A DNA stretch of 64,000 bases from Gemmatimonadales bacterium (GCA_035693225.1 DASSGV010000073.1:24692-88691), one strand, 5' to 3'; shown: positions 50,812-62,027, counted from the stretch's first letter. A program made the numbers and translations. Notes: generated from the sequence alone by a model not told the origin.

Positions 50812-51543
50812 TCAGAGATCCCCGTTGGTGATCGGCAGGATGTGGCCGGTGATCGCGAGCGCCGCCGGACTGGCGAGGAAGAGGACGCCATCGGTGATCT
50901 CGGCCATCTCCACCCACCGCACCGGGCCAGCCCCCACCGCCGTGACGTTGTCCGGCGTGCGGACCATCCCGGGTGCCACGGCGTTGACCCGCACCTTCCG
51001 ATCGCGCAGCTCGAGGGCCAGCGACGTGGTGAGCCCGGCGACCGCACTCTTGGCCGCCGCGTACACCGCCATCGGCGCGAGGGGACGCAGCGCCGCCATC
51101 GACGCGAAGTTGACGATGCACCCTTCGCTTGCGGCCAGCGCATCGACCGCGGCACGACACATCAGGAACGCGGTCTTCACGTTGATGTTGACCTCGCGAT
51201 CGAACGCGGCGAGGTCGGTCCCGGCGATCGGCCCGTAGGTGGTGAGCCCGCCCGCCACGTTGACGAGGACGTCGAGTCGGCCGAAGTGCTTGAGGGCGGT
51301 CTCGACGGCGAGGGCCGCGGCGTCGGGCTCGGTGAGGTCTCCCGCCGCCGCGCGGGCGTCGATCTTCCGTCCCTGGAACTCCCTGACCCGCTCCGACACC
51401 GCCACGGCGTTCCGATCGCAGACCACCAGCTTGGCCCCGGCCGACCCGAAGGCTTCCGCCACCGCGTGACCGATCTGGTTGCTGCGGGCGACGCCGGTGA
51501 CGAGCGCGACCTTGCCGCTGAAGTCGAACGAAAGCCCCATCAT
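50812..51543 (-). CDS. Short-chain dehydrogenase/reductase (FabG-like)
   Basis: 243 aa with ALVTGVARSNQIG, NVAG and YAAAKSA (Y-x3-K). Confidence 0.85.
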   Translation of the reverse strand: MMGLSFDFSGKVALVTGVARSNQIGHAVAEAFGSAGAKLVVCDRNAVAVSERVREFQGRKIDARAAAGDLTEPDAAALAVETALKHFGRLDVLVNVAGGLTTYGPIAGTDLAAFDREVNINVKTAFLMCRAAVDALAASEGCIVNFASMAALRPLAPMAVYAAAKSAVAGLTTSLALELRDRKVRVNAVAPGMVRTPDNVTAVGAGPVRWVEMAEITDGVLFLASPAALAITGHILPITNGDL

Positions 51544-51995
51544 TCCTCCCCAAGTCCGTCCAGCGTGATCTCCGCCCCCGGCGCCCCGCGCGCGCCGAAG
51601 AGCACGGTGCCATCCCGGTCGATCAGGTAGACGGTGCGGTCGATGCGCGCGCCATCCGGCCGCACGGCCTGGTACATCCGGGCGATGGCCAGGTCCGGGT
51701 CCGACAGGAGCGGGAACGGGAGTCCCAGCCGGACGGCGTAATCCGTGTGGGCGACGACCGGCGCGGGGTTGACCCCGAATGGCCGTACATCGGCATCCCG
51801 ATAGGCGATGATCTCATCGCGCAGCACCGCCAGCTGACGATCGCACCCGGGGGTGTCGTTGCCGGGGTAGAACACGAGCAACACCCGATGCTCCGCCAGG
51901 ACCTCCGCCAGGCGCACGGTACGGCCATCGGACGCCGGTGCCGTGAAGTCCGGCGCCCGCGTGCCGCGGGGGAGCGGGGTATCCGGGTCGGTCAC
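51540..51995 (-). CDS. bcp: Peroxiredoxin, Bcp/AhpC-TSA family
   Basis: Start placed at GTG 51995 (GTGA overlap with the PHP stop), giving 151 aa. It has APDFTAP...LLVFYPGNDTPGCDRQ (peroxidatic Cys). Confidence 0.85.
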   Translation of the reverse strand: MTDPDTPLPRGTRAPDFTAPASDGRTVRLAEVLAEHRVLLVFYPGNDTPGCDRQLAVLRDEIIAYRDADVRPFGVNPAPVVAHTDYAVRLGLPFPLLSDPDLAIARMYQAVRPDGARIDRTVYLIDRDGTVLFGARGAPGAEITLDGLGEE

Positions 51996-52831
51996 GCCGG
52001 CACCCGCCGGGCCCGTTCGGTCTCGAGCGCCGTCAGCCATTCGAGCGGCACCTGCTCCGAGCCGATGGTGCCGTGGGTGGCGTCGTCCTCGCCCCCGTGC
52101 CAGTCGCTGCCGCCGGTGCGGAGGAGGCCGAGGCGTTCGGCGTATTCGGTCAGATTGGTGCGGGTATCGCCGGCGTGGCTGGGGTGACGGGTCTCGACGG
52201 CATCGAGCCCCTCGGCCTTGAGGCGCTGGAGCACCGCGTGGGATCCGCGATCCTTCAGGTGCGCCGCCGAGACGAGACCGCCGGCCAGATGGACCCGCCG
52301 GGCCACTTCCGCGAAGGGCGGAAGGCGCTTGTCCACGTACGCCACGCGGCCCCGGCCGATCCAGCGATCGAATCCCTCCTGGATGCCGCGGGCATGGCCG
52401 AGGCGGACCAACGCGCGCGCCACGTGAGGCCGACCCATCGCGCCGCCCCGTGACTCCGCACGCACGTCGTCGACGCCGATGCGGATGCCCTGCCCGACCA
52501 GGCGGTCGACCATCTCGCCCACCCGGCGTTCGCGGTCGGCGCGACAGTCGGCCAGGAACGACTCCAGCTGCGGGTCGCTCTCGGGGAGGAGATATCCAAG
52601 CACGTGCATCTCGCCCCACGGCGCGGCGACCGAGAACTCGCAGCCCGCCACCACGCGCACGCCCAGCCGCTCGCCGGCGACCCGGGCCTCGGGCACTCCG
52701 GCGAGCGTGTCGTGGTCGGTCAGGGCCATCGCCGTGAGGCCCGCCGCCCGGGCCCGGGCCACCACCTCGGCCGGTGCAAGCTCGCCATCGGACGCGGTGG
52801 AGTGGAGGTGCAGATCGACCGTGGCGTTCAG
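51992..52831 (-). CDS. PHP-domain phosphoesterase (TrpH/YciV-like)
   Basis: The ORF-track call starts at GTG 52765, but the in-frame codons just upstream encode NATVDLHLHSTASDGELAPAE, the PHP HxH metal motif. I therefore extend the gene to CTG 52831, which overlaps the upstream TGA. Confidence 0.65.
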   Translation of the reverse strand: MNATVDLHLHSTASDGELAPAEVVARARAAGLTAMALTDHDTLAGVPEARVAGERLGVRVVAGCEFSVAAPWGEMHVLGYLLPESDPQLESFLADCRADRERRVGEMVDRLVGQGIRIGVDDVRAESRGGAMGRPHVARALVRLGHARGIQEGFDRWIGRGRVAYVDKRLPPFAEVARRVHLAGGLVSAAHLKDRGSHAVLQRLKAEGLDAVETRHPSHAGDTRTNLTEYAERLGLLRTGGSDWHGGEDDATHGTIGSEQVPLEWLTALETERARRVPA

Positions 52832-53091
52832 CGCTGGTATCCCGTTTCCGGCGTCATGGCGGCGGGCGCCGACGTCGCGAGGAGTTCGCGCAGCTCGGTG
52901 TCGGTGAGCGCGTCCAGCGACAGGTCGCGGATCCGGGCTCCAGTCGGGGAATAGCGGGTCACGCGGCGCTCGCGGTCATCGCCGGTGCCGCGAACGAAGA
53001 GCAGACCGAACTCGTCGCGCACGTACTGGGTGTTCCACCCGGTGGGCCAGGCGGTCCATTCGGCGCCGTCGGCAGTGAACTTACGGGGCAT
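52828..53091 (-). CDS. Hypothetical protein (87 aa)
   Basis: Start moved to ATG 53091 (MPRKFTADGAEWTAWPTGWNTQYVRDEF...). Codon usage matches its neighbours and it is tightly packed in the gene train. Confidence 0.5.
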   Translation of the reverse strand: MPRKFTADGAEWTAWPTGWNTQYVRDEFGLLFVRGTGDDRERRVTRYSPTGARIRDLSLDALTDTELRELLATSAPAAMTPETGYQR

Positions 53092-53416
53092 CGGGTCCCT
53101 CCTCGCGGTCGATCGGTGCGGTGAGCGGCACCTCATTCCAGAGCGCCCACGCGTCCGGTGCGTAGTCCGCCAGGGCATTGAGGCGCGACTCCAGCCTTTC
53201 CTCCTGCGGCGATCGTGAGGCCTGCGTCCGATGGGACGCGACCGACGGGCTCTCGCTGAACTCCAGGAAGGTGTGACGGTCCGCGGCGCTCCGGAACACC
53301 CAGAGGTGCTGGCCGCGCTCCCCGAGCGCGAAGGCCAGGTCGCGCAGGGTGGCGAGATACTCCGCCTCCCGCCCCGCCGGCACCGCGGCCCGGGACACGC
53401 TCAGGCAGCGCGGCAT
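53081..53416 (-). CDS. Hypothetical protein (111 aa, possibly a ferredoxin-like/ABM fold)
   Basis: Start moved to ATG 53416 (MPRCLSVSRAAVPAGREAEYLATLRDLA...HLWVFRS...FLEFSES), 1 nt after the E2 stop. Confidence 0.5.
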   Translation of the reverse strand: MPRCLSVSRAAVPAGREAEYLATLRDLAFALGERGQHLWVFRSAADRHTFLEFSESPSVASHRTQASRSPQEERLESRLNALADYAPDAWALWNEVPLTAPIDREEGPDAP

Positions 53417-53417
53417 C

Positions 53418-54806
53418 TCAGGCCGCGCTGTCGGGAAAGTCCTGGAGGCTCTTCTTGACGTCGGCCATGAACCGGTCGGCATCGGACCCATCGACGATCC
53501 GGTGGTCGAACGCGAGCGAGAGGAGCCCGCGGGTACGGATGGCGATGGTGTCGGTCCCATCGGGCAGGGTGACGACGGCCGGCTGCTTTTCGATCGTCCC
53601 CACGCACAGGATGGCCACCTGCGGCTGGTTGATGATCGGCGTGCCGATGATCGACCCGAAGCCGCCGGGGTTGGTGATCGTGAAGGTCCCCCGCTGGACT
53701 TCGTCCGGCGAAAGCTTCTTGGTGCGGGCCCGTTCGCCCAGGTCGTTGATGGCGCGCGCTACGCCGAGGAGCGAGAGCTCGTCGGCGTGCCGGATGACCG
53801 GGACGATGAGGCCCCAGTCGAGCGCCACGGCGATCCCGACGTTGATATCGCGGCGATAGATGGTACTGTCGCCGTTGACGGCGGCGTTCACCACCGGATG
53901 TTTGCGCAGGTTGTCGGCCACGGCCTTGGTGATGAACGCCAGGAAGGTGAGATTCACGCCCCGATCGGCGTACTCCTTCTTCTGCTTCGCGCGCACCTGG
54001 GCCACGCGGGTGTAGTCGATCTCGAAGATGGTGTTCACGTGGGCCGAGACCCGGCGCGACATGATCATGTGATCGGCGGTGAGCTTGCGGATCTTCGACC
54101 ACGGCTCGACCCGATCGCCCTCCCACGGTTCGTTGGGGATGTGGGCCACCGTACCGGCCATCGCAGGCGGGGCCTGCGGGGCGCGGGCGGCGGCCTGCGG
54201 GGCCGGGGCGCCGGAGGCCAGGAAGCTCTCGAGGTCGCTTCGGGTGACCCGCCCGGCAAGCCCGCTCCCGGCAATGGCACCGATGTCGACCTGATGTTCC
54301 GCGGCCATCTTGCGCACCAGCGGCGTCGAGCGGCGGCGGAGCCGCTCCTCCGCCGTCTCGCTGCCATTCCCGGACGCGACCGGAACGGCCGCCGGCCGAG
54401 GGGTGGGCGCCTCGCCCACCCGAGCCTCGCCCACGCGAGGAGCGGGTGCGGCTGCCGGTGCGGGCGGGGTCGGTACCGCCGGCGGCACCGGCTTCGATGC
54501 CTCGGGCTTCGGTGCGGAAGGGGCCGCCGCCGGGGCCGGCGCCTGGGTCGATGCCGCAGCCGACGCGTCGGTCTCGATCCGGGCCACGATCGTCTGCACC
54601 GCCACGGTCTGGCCTTCCTGCACCAGGATCTCGGCCAGGACGCCGGCGGTGGGCGCCGGGATCTCGGCGTCGACCTTGTCGGTGGAGATCTCGAAGATCG
54701 GTTCGTCGCGCTTGACGGCGTCGCCGACCTTCTTGATCCACCGGGACAGCGTGCCCTCGGCGATGGACTCGCCCATCTGGGGCATGGGTACGTCGATCTT
54801 GGCCAT
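53418..54806 (-). CDS. 2-oxoacid dehydrogenase E2 (dihydrolipoamide acyltransferase)
   Basis: 462 aa with a lipoyl domain (EISTDKVDAEIPAP), Ala/Pro linkers and an E3/E1-binding domain (STPLVRKMAAEH). The catalytic domain carries FDHRIVDG. Confidence 0.92.
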   Translation of the reverse strand: MAKIDVPMPQMGESIAEGTLSRWIKKVGDAVKRDEPIFEISTDKVDAEIPAPTAGVLAEILVQEGQTVAVQTIVARIETDASAAASTQAPAPAAAPSAPKPEASKPVPPAVPTPPAPAAAPAPRVGEARVGEAPTPRPAAVPVASGNGSETAEERLRRRSTPLVRKMAAEHQVDIGAIAGSGLAGRVTRSDLESFLASGAPAPQAAARAPQAPPAMAGTVAHIPNEPWEGDRVEPWSKIRKLTADHMIMSRRVSAHVNTIFEIDYTRVAQVRAKQKKEYADRGVNLTFLAFITKAVADNLRKHPVVNAAVNGDSTIYRRDINVGIAVALDWGLIVPVIRHADELSLLGVARAINDLGERARTKKLSPDEVQRGTFTITNPGGFGSIIGTPIINQPQVAILCVGTIEKQPAVVTLPDGTDTIAIRTRGLLSLAFDHRIVDGSDADRFMADVKKSLQDFPDSAA

Positions 54807-54904
54807 TCTCGGATCCTTGTCGTCGTCGTTAGTCGATCATCGTTGGTCGTTGCTTGCAGGTCACTGCGTCGGCGCAGACCTGAGGACCAACGTCCTATGT
54901 CCGT

Positions 54905-55879
54905 TCAGTACCCCACCACCCACCGCGCCGCGCGGACGATGTCGCTGGTCTGCGGCAGCACGAACGCCTCCAGGGCCGGGGCGTACGGCAGGGGAACATC
55001 GTGCGCGGCCACCCGCCGGACCGGGGCGTCGAGCCATTCGAAGCAGTGCTCGTTGATCCGGGCCGTGATCTCGCCGGCAATGCCGCCGGTCACCGTGTCC
55101 TCGTGCACGATCAGCGCCCGGTTGGTCTTGCGCACCGAGGCGAAGATCGCCTCGTCATCGAGCGGTGCCAACGTGCGGAGGTCGATCACCTCGACCGACA
55201 CCCCCGCCTCTGCCAGCCCCTCCGCCGCCTCGAGGGACTTCCAGACCGTCGCCGCATAGGTGATGATCGAGAGGTCGGTGCCTTCCCGCGCCACCCGCGC
55301 CTTGCCGATCGGCACCAGGTGCTCTCCCGGGGGCAGCGTCTCCTTGATCCGACGGTAGAGATACTTGTGCTCGAAGAATAGCACACAATCGTCGTCGCGG
55401 ATGGCGCTCTTGAGGAGGCCCTTGGCGTCGGCGGCGGTGGCCGGGTACACGATCTTGAGCCCCGGCGTATGGAAGAACGCCGCTTCGGGGTTCTGGGAAT
55501 GGAACGGGCCGCCACGCACGTACCCGCCGCTGGGTCCCCGCACCACCATCGGACACCCCAGGAACGCGCGGTAGCGCGCGGTGGCCACGTAGTTGGTGAG
55601 CATGTCGTAGCCGCAGGAGATGAAGTCGATGAACTGCATCTCGCAGACCGGCCGCATCCCCATATGGGCCGCTCCGGCCGCGGCGCCGATGATGGCGGCC
55701 TCGCTGATCGGCGCGTCGATGACCCGCTGCGCGCCGAACCGGGCGTGGAGCCCCTCGGTGGCCTTGAACGCGCCGCCGTAGGCGCCGATGTCCTCGCCCA
55801 GGCAGAAGACGTTCGGGTCCCGCTCCATCTCCTCGACCAGCCCCTGCCGGATCGCCTCGAGATAGGTGACCTCAGTCAT
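54905..55879 (-). CDS. 2-oxoacid dehydrogenase E1 beta subunit
   Basis: Start moved to ATG 55879 (MTEVTYLEAIRQGLVEEMERDPNVFCLGEDIG...). Confidence 0.93.
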   Translation of the reverse strand: MTEVTYLEAIRQGLVEEMERDPNVFCLGEDIGAYGGAFKATEGLHARFGAQRVIDAPISEAAIIGAAAGAAHMGMRPVCEMQFIDFISCGYDMLTNYVATARYRAFLGCPMVVRGPSGGYVRGGPFHSQNPEAAFFHTPGLKIVYPATAADAKGLLKSAIRDDDCVLFFEHKYLYRRIKETLPPGEHLVPIGKARVAREGTDLSIITYAATVWKSLEAAEGLAEAGVSVEVIDLRTLAPLDDEAIFASVRKTNRALIVHEDTVTGGIAGEITARINEHCFEWLDAPVRRVAAHDVPLPYAPALEAFVLPQTSDIVRAARWVVGY

Positions 55880-56981
55880 TGTATGTCCCCCACCCCTGCG
55901 CCCGCTCCGGATGTTCGGCGGGCCACCCGGCACCCTCCCGATACCAGAGCGCCGGAGCGGCGGGTGGGTCGGCATAGACGCCGTTCAGCGCATCCAGCGC
56001 CTCGGGCGCCGGCGACCGCTCGGCCTCATCGGTGGCGGCATCGACCTCGGCGCGCACCCGCTCGTCGATGGCGGCGAGCGCCTCCGCCTCCACCCCATAC
56101 TCGCTGCGCAGCACCTTGACGTACCGGTCGATCGGATCGTTGCCGGAGGCCCACCGGTCGATCTCCCCCGGTGGCACATACGACTGGTCGTCGTGCTCGG
56201 CGTGGCCCTTGCGACGGTAGGTATGCAGTTCGATGAGCGAGGTGCCGCCCCCCTGCCGGGCCCGTTCGACGGCGTTCCTCGTCACGTCGTACACGGCAAG
56301 GATGTCGTTCCCGTCTGCCTCGAACCCGGGGATCCCGTAGCCGGGCGCCTTGTCGACGAAGCGCCGCGCCGCCGTCTGGCGGTGGGTCGGGGTCGAGTAG
56401 GCGTAGCCGTTGTTCTCGATGATCACCACGAGCGGGCAGCGCTGCACGGCGGCGAAATTGATCCCCTCGTGGAAGGCGCCGGTGGAGGTGGCGCCATCTC
56501 CCACGTAGACCAGGCCGACCCGCGGCTCCCCGCGAAGGCGGAAGGAGAGCGTGACGCCGGCCATCACCGGCACCATGTCGCCCAGGTGGGATATCTGTCC
56601 GATGAATCCTCGCTCGGGCGCCCCGAAATGGATGTTGAGTTCCCGCCCGCGGGTGGGGGAATCGCCCTTGGCCATGTACTGCCGGAGGATCTCCAGCGGG
56701 GTGGCGCCCTGCACCAGCATCGAGCCCAGGTTGCGGATGAGGGGCGAGAGGACATCACCCTTCGCGCGGTCGAGTGCGAAGGCGCTGCCGACGGAGTCCG
56801 CCTCCTGGCCGAGCGAGCGGAAGAGCCCGCCGACCACCTTGGTCTGCCGGTAGAGGGCGACCAGCCGCTCCTCCAGCGTCCGGGTCAGCCGCATCCAGGA
56901 GTAGAGTTCGAGGAGCTGGGCGTGCGTGAGCCCGGCCGGGGGGGCCTTGGGGGGCGTGGCGGCAGACGATGACGGCGGCAT
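55872..56981 (-). CDS. 2-oxoacid dehydrogenase E1 alpha subunit (TPP-dependent)
   Basis: Start moved to ATG 56981. The TPP motif reads YVGDGATSTGAFHEGINFAA...VIIENNGYA. Confidence 0.93.
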   Translation of the reverse strand: MPPSSSAATPPKAPPAGLTHAQLLELYSWMRLTRTLEERLVALYRQTKVVGGLFRSLGQEADSVGSAFALDRAKGDVLSPLIRNLGSMLVQGATPLEILRQYMAKGDSPTRGRELNIHFGAPERGFIGQISHLGDMVPVMAGVTLSFRLRGEPRVGLVYVGDGATSTGAFHEGINFAAVQRCPLVVIIENNGYAYSTPTHRQTAARRFVDKAPGYGIPGFEADGNDILAVYDVTRNAVERARQGGGTSLIELHTYRRKGHAEHDDQSYVPPGEIDRWASGNDPIDRYVKVLRSEYGVEAEALAAIDERVRAEVDAATDEAERSPAPEALDALNGVYADPPAAPALWYREGAGWPAEHPERAQGWGTYND

Positions 56982-57119
56982 CCGGATCCAGATTGAAGAG
57001 CGCGCAAGTATCGAACGGGGAAAGATTTCCCTCCCGGCGGGGGGAGTCAAGGAAGCGGGAGGGGGCCGGGGCGTAGCGGTACCGGGACCGAGAAGATCAG
57101 GATGTCCGCTGCAGACGCC

Positions 57120-57151
57120 GAGAGGGCCCCGGAACTGTCCGGAGCCCTCTC
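57120..57151 (-). terminator. Stem-loop after the H+-PPase gene
   Basis: GAGAGGGC...GCCCTCTC forms the outer stem, with an inner CCGG/CCGG stem. It lies 30 nt past the stop and has no U-tract. Confidence 0.4.
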
Positions 57152-57180
57152 AGATGGCCTGCGTCTCTGCGCTGCTACGT

Positions 57181-59652
<2,472 letters not shown>

Positions 59653-59726
59653 GGGCGTGGGTCTCTCCTGAAGTGCCGGGGAAGCGTCCCCGTGCGGCCG
59701 GGCGGCGGCCCCGCCCGGTCCATGAA

Positions 59727-60017
59727 TCAGTAGGCCCCCCGGAGCATATGCCCCGGGTCGGCCAGGGTGTGCACCGTGGCGAGGAAGCGCTTGGCCAGCT
59801 TGTCGGCCTCGCTCTCGCCCGGTTGGTCGGTCTCCACCGTGATCCGGGTGTAGTGCCCCCCCTCGGCCTCCACCCCGACGCCGATGTGGCCCAGCGTCCC
59901 GGCGAACCGGCGGCGGCGCTCCCCCTCCTCGGCCGGTGTGAGCCGCGCACCGAAGAAGGTGGTGGCACGCGCCATCACCTCGGACGGGCTGATCGACGTG
60001 CGGTGGAAATACTTCAC
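59727..60017 (-). CDS. Hypothetical protein (96 aa) translationally coupled to ino1
   Basis: The GTG at 60017 overlaps the ino1 TGA (GTGA). The product is VKYFHRTSISPSEVMARATTFFGARL... The remainder of the 374-aa ORF-track call is antisense to ino1. Confidence 0.5.
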   Translation of the reverse strand: MKYFHRTSISPSEVMARATTFFGARLTPAEEGERRRRFAGTLGHIGVGVEAEGGHYTRITVETDQPGESEADKLAKRFLATVHTLADPGHMLRGAY

Positions 60018-61435
60018 TGCTTCTTCCCGCCGGTCGATTCGTAGTACTCCATCCCCAGGTGGGTGATCGGCTCTTCGCCCATCAGCCAGCGGAGCGTGTT
60101 CTTGAGCTTGGTCTGCTGGATGAACAGGTCGTGTTCCGGGTACAGTCCCTTGGCGACCTGCGGGCTCTTGAAGTAGAAGGAGAGCCACTCCTGGATCCCC
60201 GACATCCGGGTCCGCTGGGCCAGGTCGAAGAAGAGTGCCAGGTCGAGCACCAGCGGTGCCGCCAGGATGGAGTCCCGGCAGAGGAAGTCGACCTTGATCT
60301 GCATCGGGTAGCCGAGCCACCCGAAGATGTCGATGTTGTCCCACCCCTCCTTGTTGTCCCCCCGGGGCGGGTAATAGTTGATCCGGACCTTGTGGTACAT
60401 CTTGGCGTACAGCTGGGGATACATCTTCGGTTGCAGGATGTACTCCAGCACCCCGAGCTTCGACTCTTCCTTGGTCTTGAAGTTGTCGGGATCGTCCAGC
60501 ACCTCGCCATCGCGGTTGCCGAGGATGTTGGTGGAGTACCACCCCGAGACGCCGAGCATCCGCGCCTTGAACATCGGCGCGAGCACGGTCTTCATCAGGG
60601 TCTGGCCGGTCTTGAAGTCCTTGCCGCCGATGGGCACGCCCTTGTCGATGGCCAGCTGCTCCAGCGCCGGGAAATCGCAGGAGAGGTTCGGCGCACCGTT
60701 GGCGTACGGAATGCCCTCCATGATGGCGGCATACGCGTACAGCATCGACGGCGCGATGGTCGGGTCGTTGGCGTCCATCGCCTTCTCGAACGCCGCGAGC
60801 GTCTGGTGCGCGGGCCCGGGCTGCAGGAACGCCTCGGTCGAGGCGCACCACACCATCACCACGCGGTCGAGCTTGTGTGTGGCCTTGAAATCCCGGATGT
60901 CCTTCCGCAGCTGCTCCGCCAGGTCGCGCTTGGTCTTGCCCTGCCTGACGTTCTTGCCCTCCAGGCGCTTGACGAACTGCTGGTCGAAGACCGCCGGCAT
61001 CGGCACGATGGACTTGAGGAAGGGCGCGATCGGCTCGATGTGCTCGTGCCGCTCCAGGACCCCGCAGTGCACGGCCGATTCATACGCGTTGTCCGGCACC
61101 GGATCCCACGCGGTGAAGACGAGGTCCTCGAGCGCGGCAAGGGGGATGAAGTCCTTGATGAGCGGCGTCCGGCCCTCGGTCCGCTTGCCCAGCCGGATGG
61201 TGCCCATCTGGGTCAGGGAGCCGATGGCCTGCGCGCGGCCGGTGCGCACCAGTTCGACACCGGCGATGAACGTCGACGCGACGGCGCCGAGCCCGACGCA
61301 CATCACGCCCAATTTCCCCTTGGCGGGGGCGATCTCCCGGGCTGCCTTGGTCACTGCATTGATCCTTTCCACATCGACCGACCGATCGGTCCGAGGCTCA
61401 CCCGGCCCGCGCACCCTCGGTCTGGCGATAGACAT
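60014..61435 (-). CDS. ino1: Inositol-3-phosphate synthase (myo-inositol-1-phosphate synthase)
   Basis: About 473 aa with GVMCVGLGAVASTFIAG, VVMVWCASTE, PYANGAPN, GKDFKTGQT and SILAAPLVLDL. The start is ATG 61435 or GTG 61372. Confidence 0.9.
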   Translation of the reverse strand: MSIARPRVRGPGEPRTDRSVDVERINAVTKAAREIAPAKGKLGVMCVGLGAVASTFIAGVELVRTGRAQAIGSLTQMGTIRLGKRTEGRTPLIKDFIPLAALEDLVFTAWDPVPDNAYESAVHCGVLERHEHIEPIAPFLKSIVPMPAVFDQQFVKRLEGKNVRQGKTKRDLAEQLRKDIRDFKATHKLDRVVMVWCASTEAFLQPGPAHQTLAAFEKAMDANDPTIAPSMLYAYAAIMEGIPYANGAPNLSCDFPALEQLAIDKGVPIGGKDFKTGQTLMKTVLAPMFKARMLGVSGWYSTNILGNRDGEVLDDPDNFKTKEESKLGVLEYILQPKMYPQLYAKMYHKVRINYYPPRGDNKEGWDNIDIFGWLGYPMQIKVDFLCRDSILAAPLVLDLALFFDLAQRTRMSGIQEWLSFYFKSPQVAKGLYPEHDLFIQQTKLKNTLRWLMGEEPITHLGMEYYESTGGKKQ

Positions 61436-62027
61436 AGACGAACCGCTGCACCACGGTGATGATCGACGCGAGCGCGAGCGCGGCGACGAGGACCTCCAGG
61501 ACCACGCCCCGGGGACCGGCGCCGATCAGCAGCGACGGGACGCCGAGCCCGACGATCCGCTCCGCCCGCTGTGCGATCCCCACCTTGCAATCGACCCCGA
61601 TCCCCTCGGCCCGGGCCCGGGCATACGACACCAGCAGCGAGCTCAACACCGCCACCATGCAGGTGAGCACCGCCAGCTCCCGCCAGGCGACGTCCGGCGC
61701 GGAGAGGAGGTAGATGGCGATGCCGATGAACGTGGCACCATCGCCCACCCGGTCGAGCGTCGAGTCGTAGAAGGCGCCGAACGGGGTGGCCAGGCCGCCG
61801 GCTCGCGCCACCTGCCCGTCGAGCGTGTCGGCGATGCCGCTCAGCAACAGCAGGGCGCCGCCCCACCGGATCGAGCCGAGCGCATAGCAGATGGCCGACA
61901 CGATCACCACGACGGTCCCCGCGGACGTGATGGTGTTCGGGCGGATGCCGGCGCGAACAAGGACGTTCACGGCCGGCCGGACCGTCCCGTAGTACACGCG
62001 CTCGGCGACAGCGGGCACCAGCTTCAA
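61398..62027 (-). CDS. CDP-alcohol phosphatidyltransferase (candidate phosphatidylinositol-phosphate synthase)
   Basis: About 209 aa. The signature D-x2-DG-x2-AR...G-x3-D-x3-D appears as DTLDGQVARAGGLATPFGAFYDSTLDRVGD. The start is TTG 62027 or GTG 62018. Confidence 0.85.
   Translation of the reverse strand: MKLVPAVAERVYYGTVRPAVNVLVRAGIRPNTITSAGTVVVIVSAICYALGSIRWGGALLLLSGIADTLDGQVARAGGLATPFGAFYDSTLDRVGDGATFIGIAIYLLSAPDVAWRELAVLTCMVAVLSSLLVSYARARAEGIGVDCKVGIAQRAERIVGLGVPSLLIGAGPRGVVLEVLVAALALASIITVVQRFVYVYRQTEGARAG

Noticed and set aside
54807-54904. The E1 beta-E2 spacer has lower GC and GTC/GTT-rich periodic sequence (GTCGTCGTCGTTAGTCGATCATCGTTGGTCGTTGC). I considered it as a possible small RNA or repeat.
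   Set aside because: It has no clean tandem unit, only short weak hairpins (CTGCG/CGCAG, GGAC/GTCC) and no promoter or terminator signature. It is most simply an intercistronic spacer.
59727-60851. A 374-aa minus-strand ORF overlaps ino1 in another frame.
   Set aside because: Only its last 96 codons (from GTG 60017) lie outside ino1 and have protein-like composition. The rest is Arg/Gly/Pro-rich out-of-frame sequence of a conserved gene.
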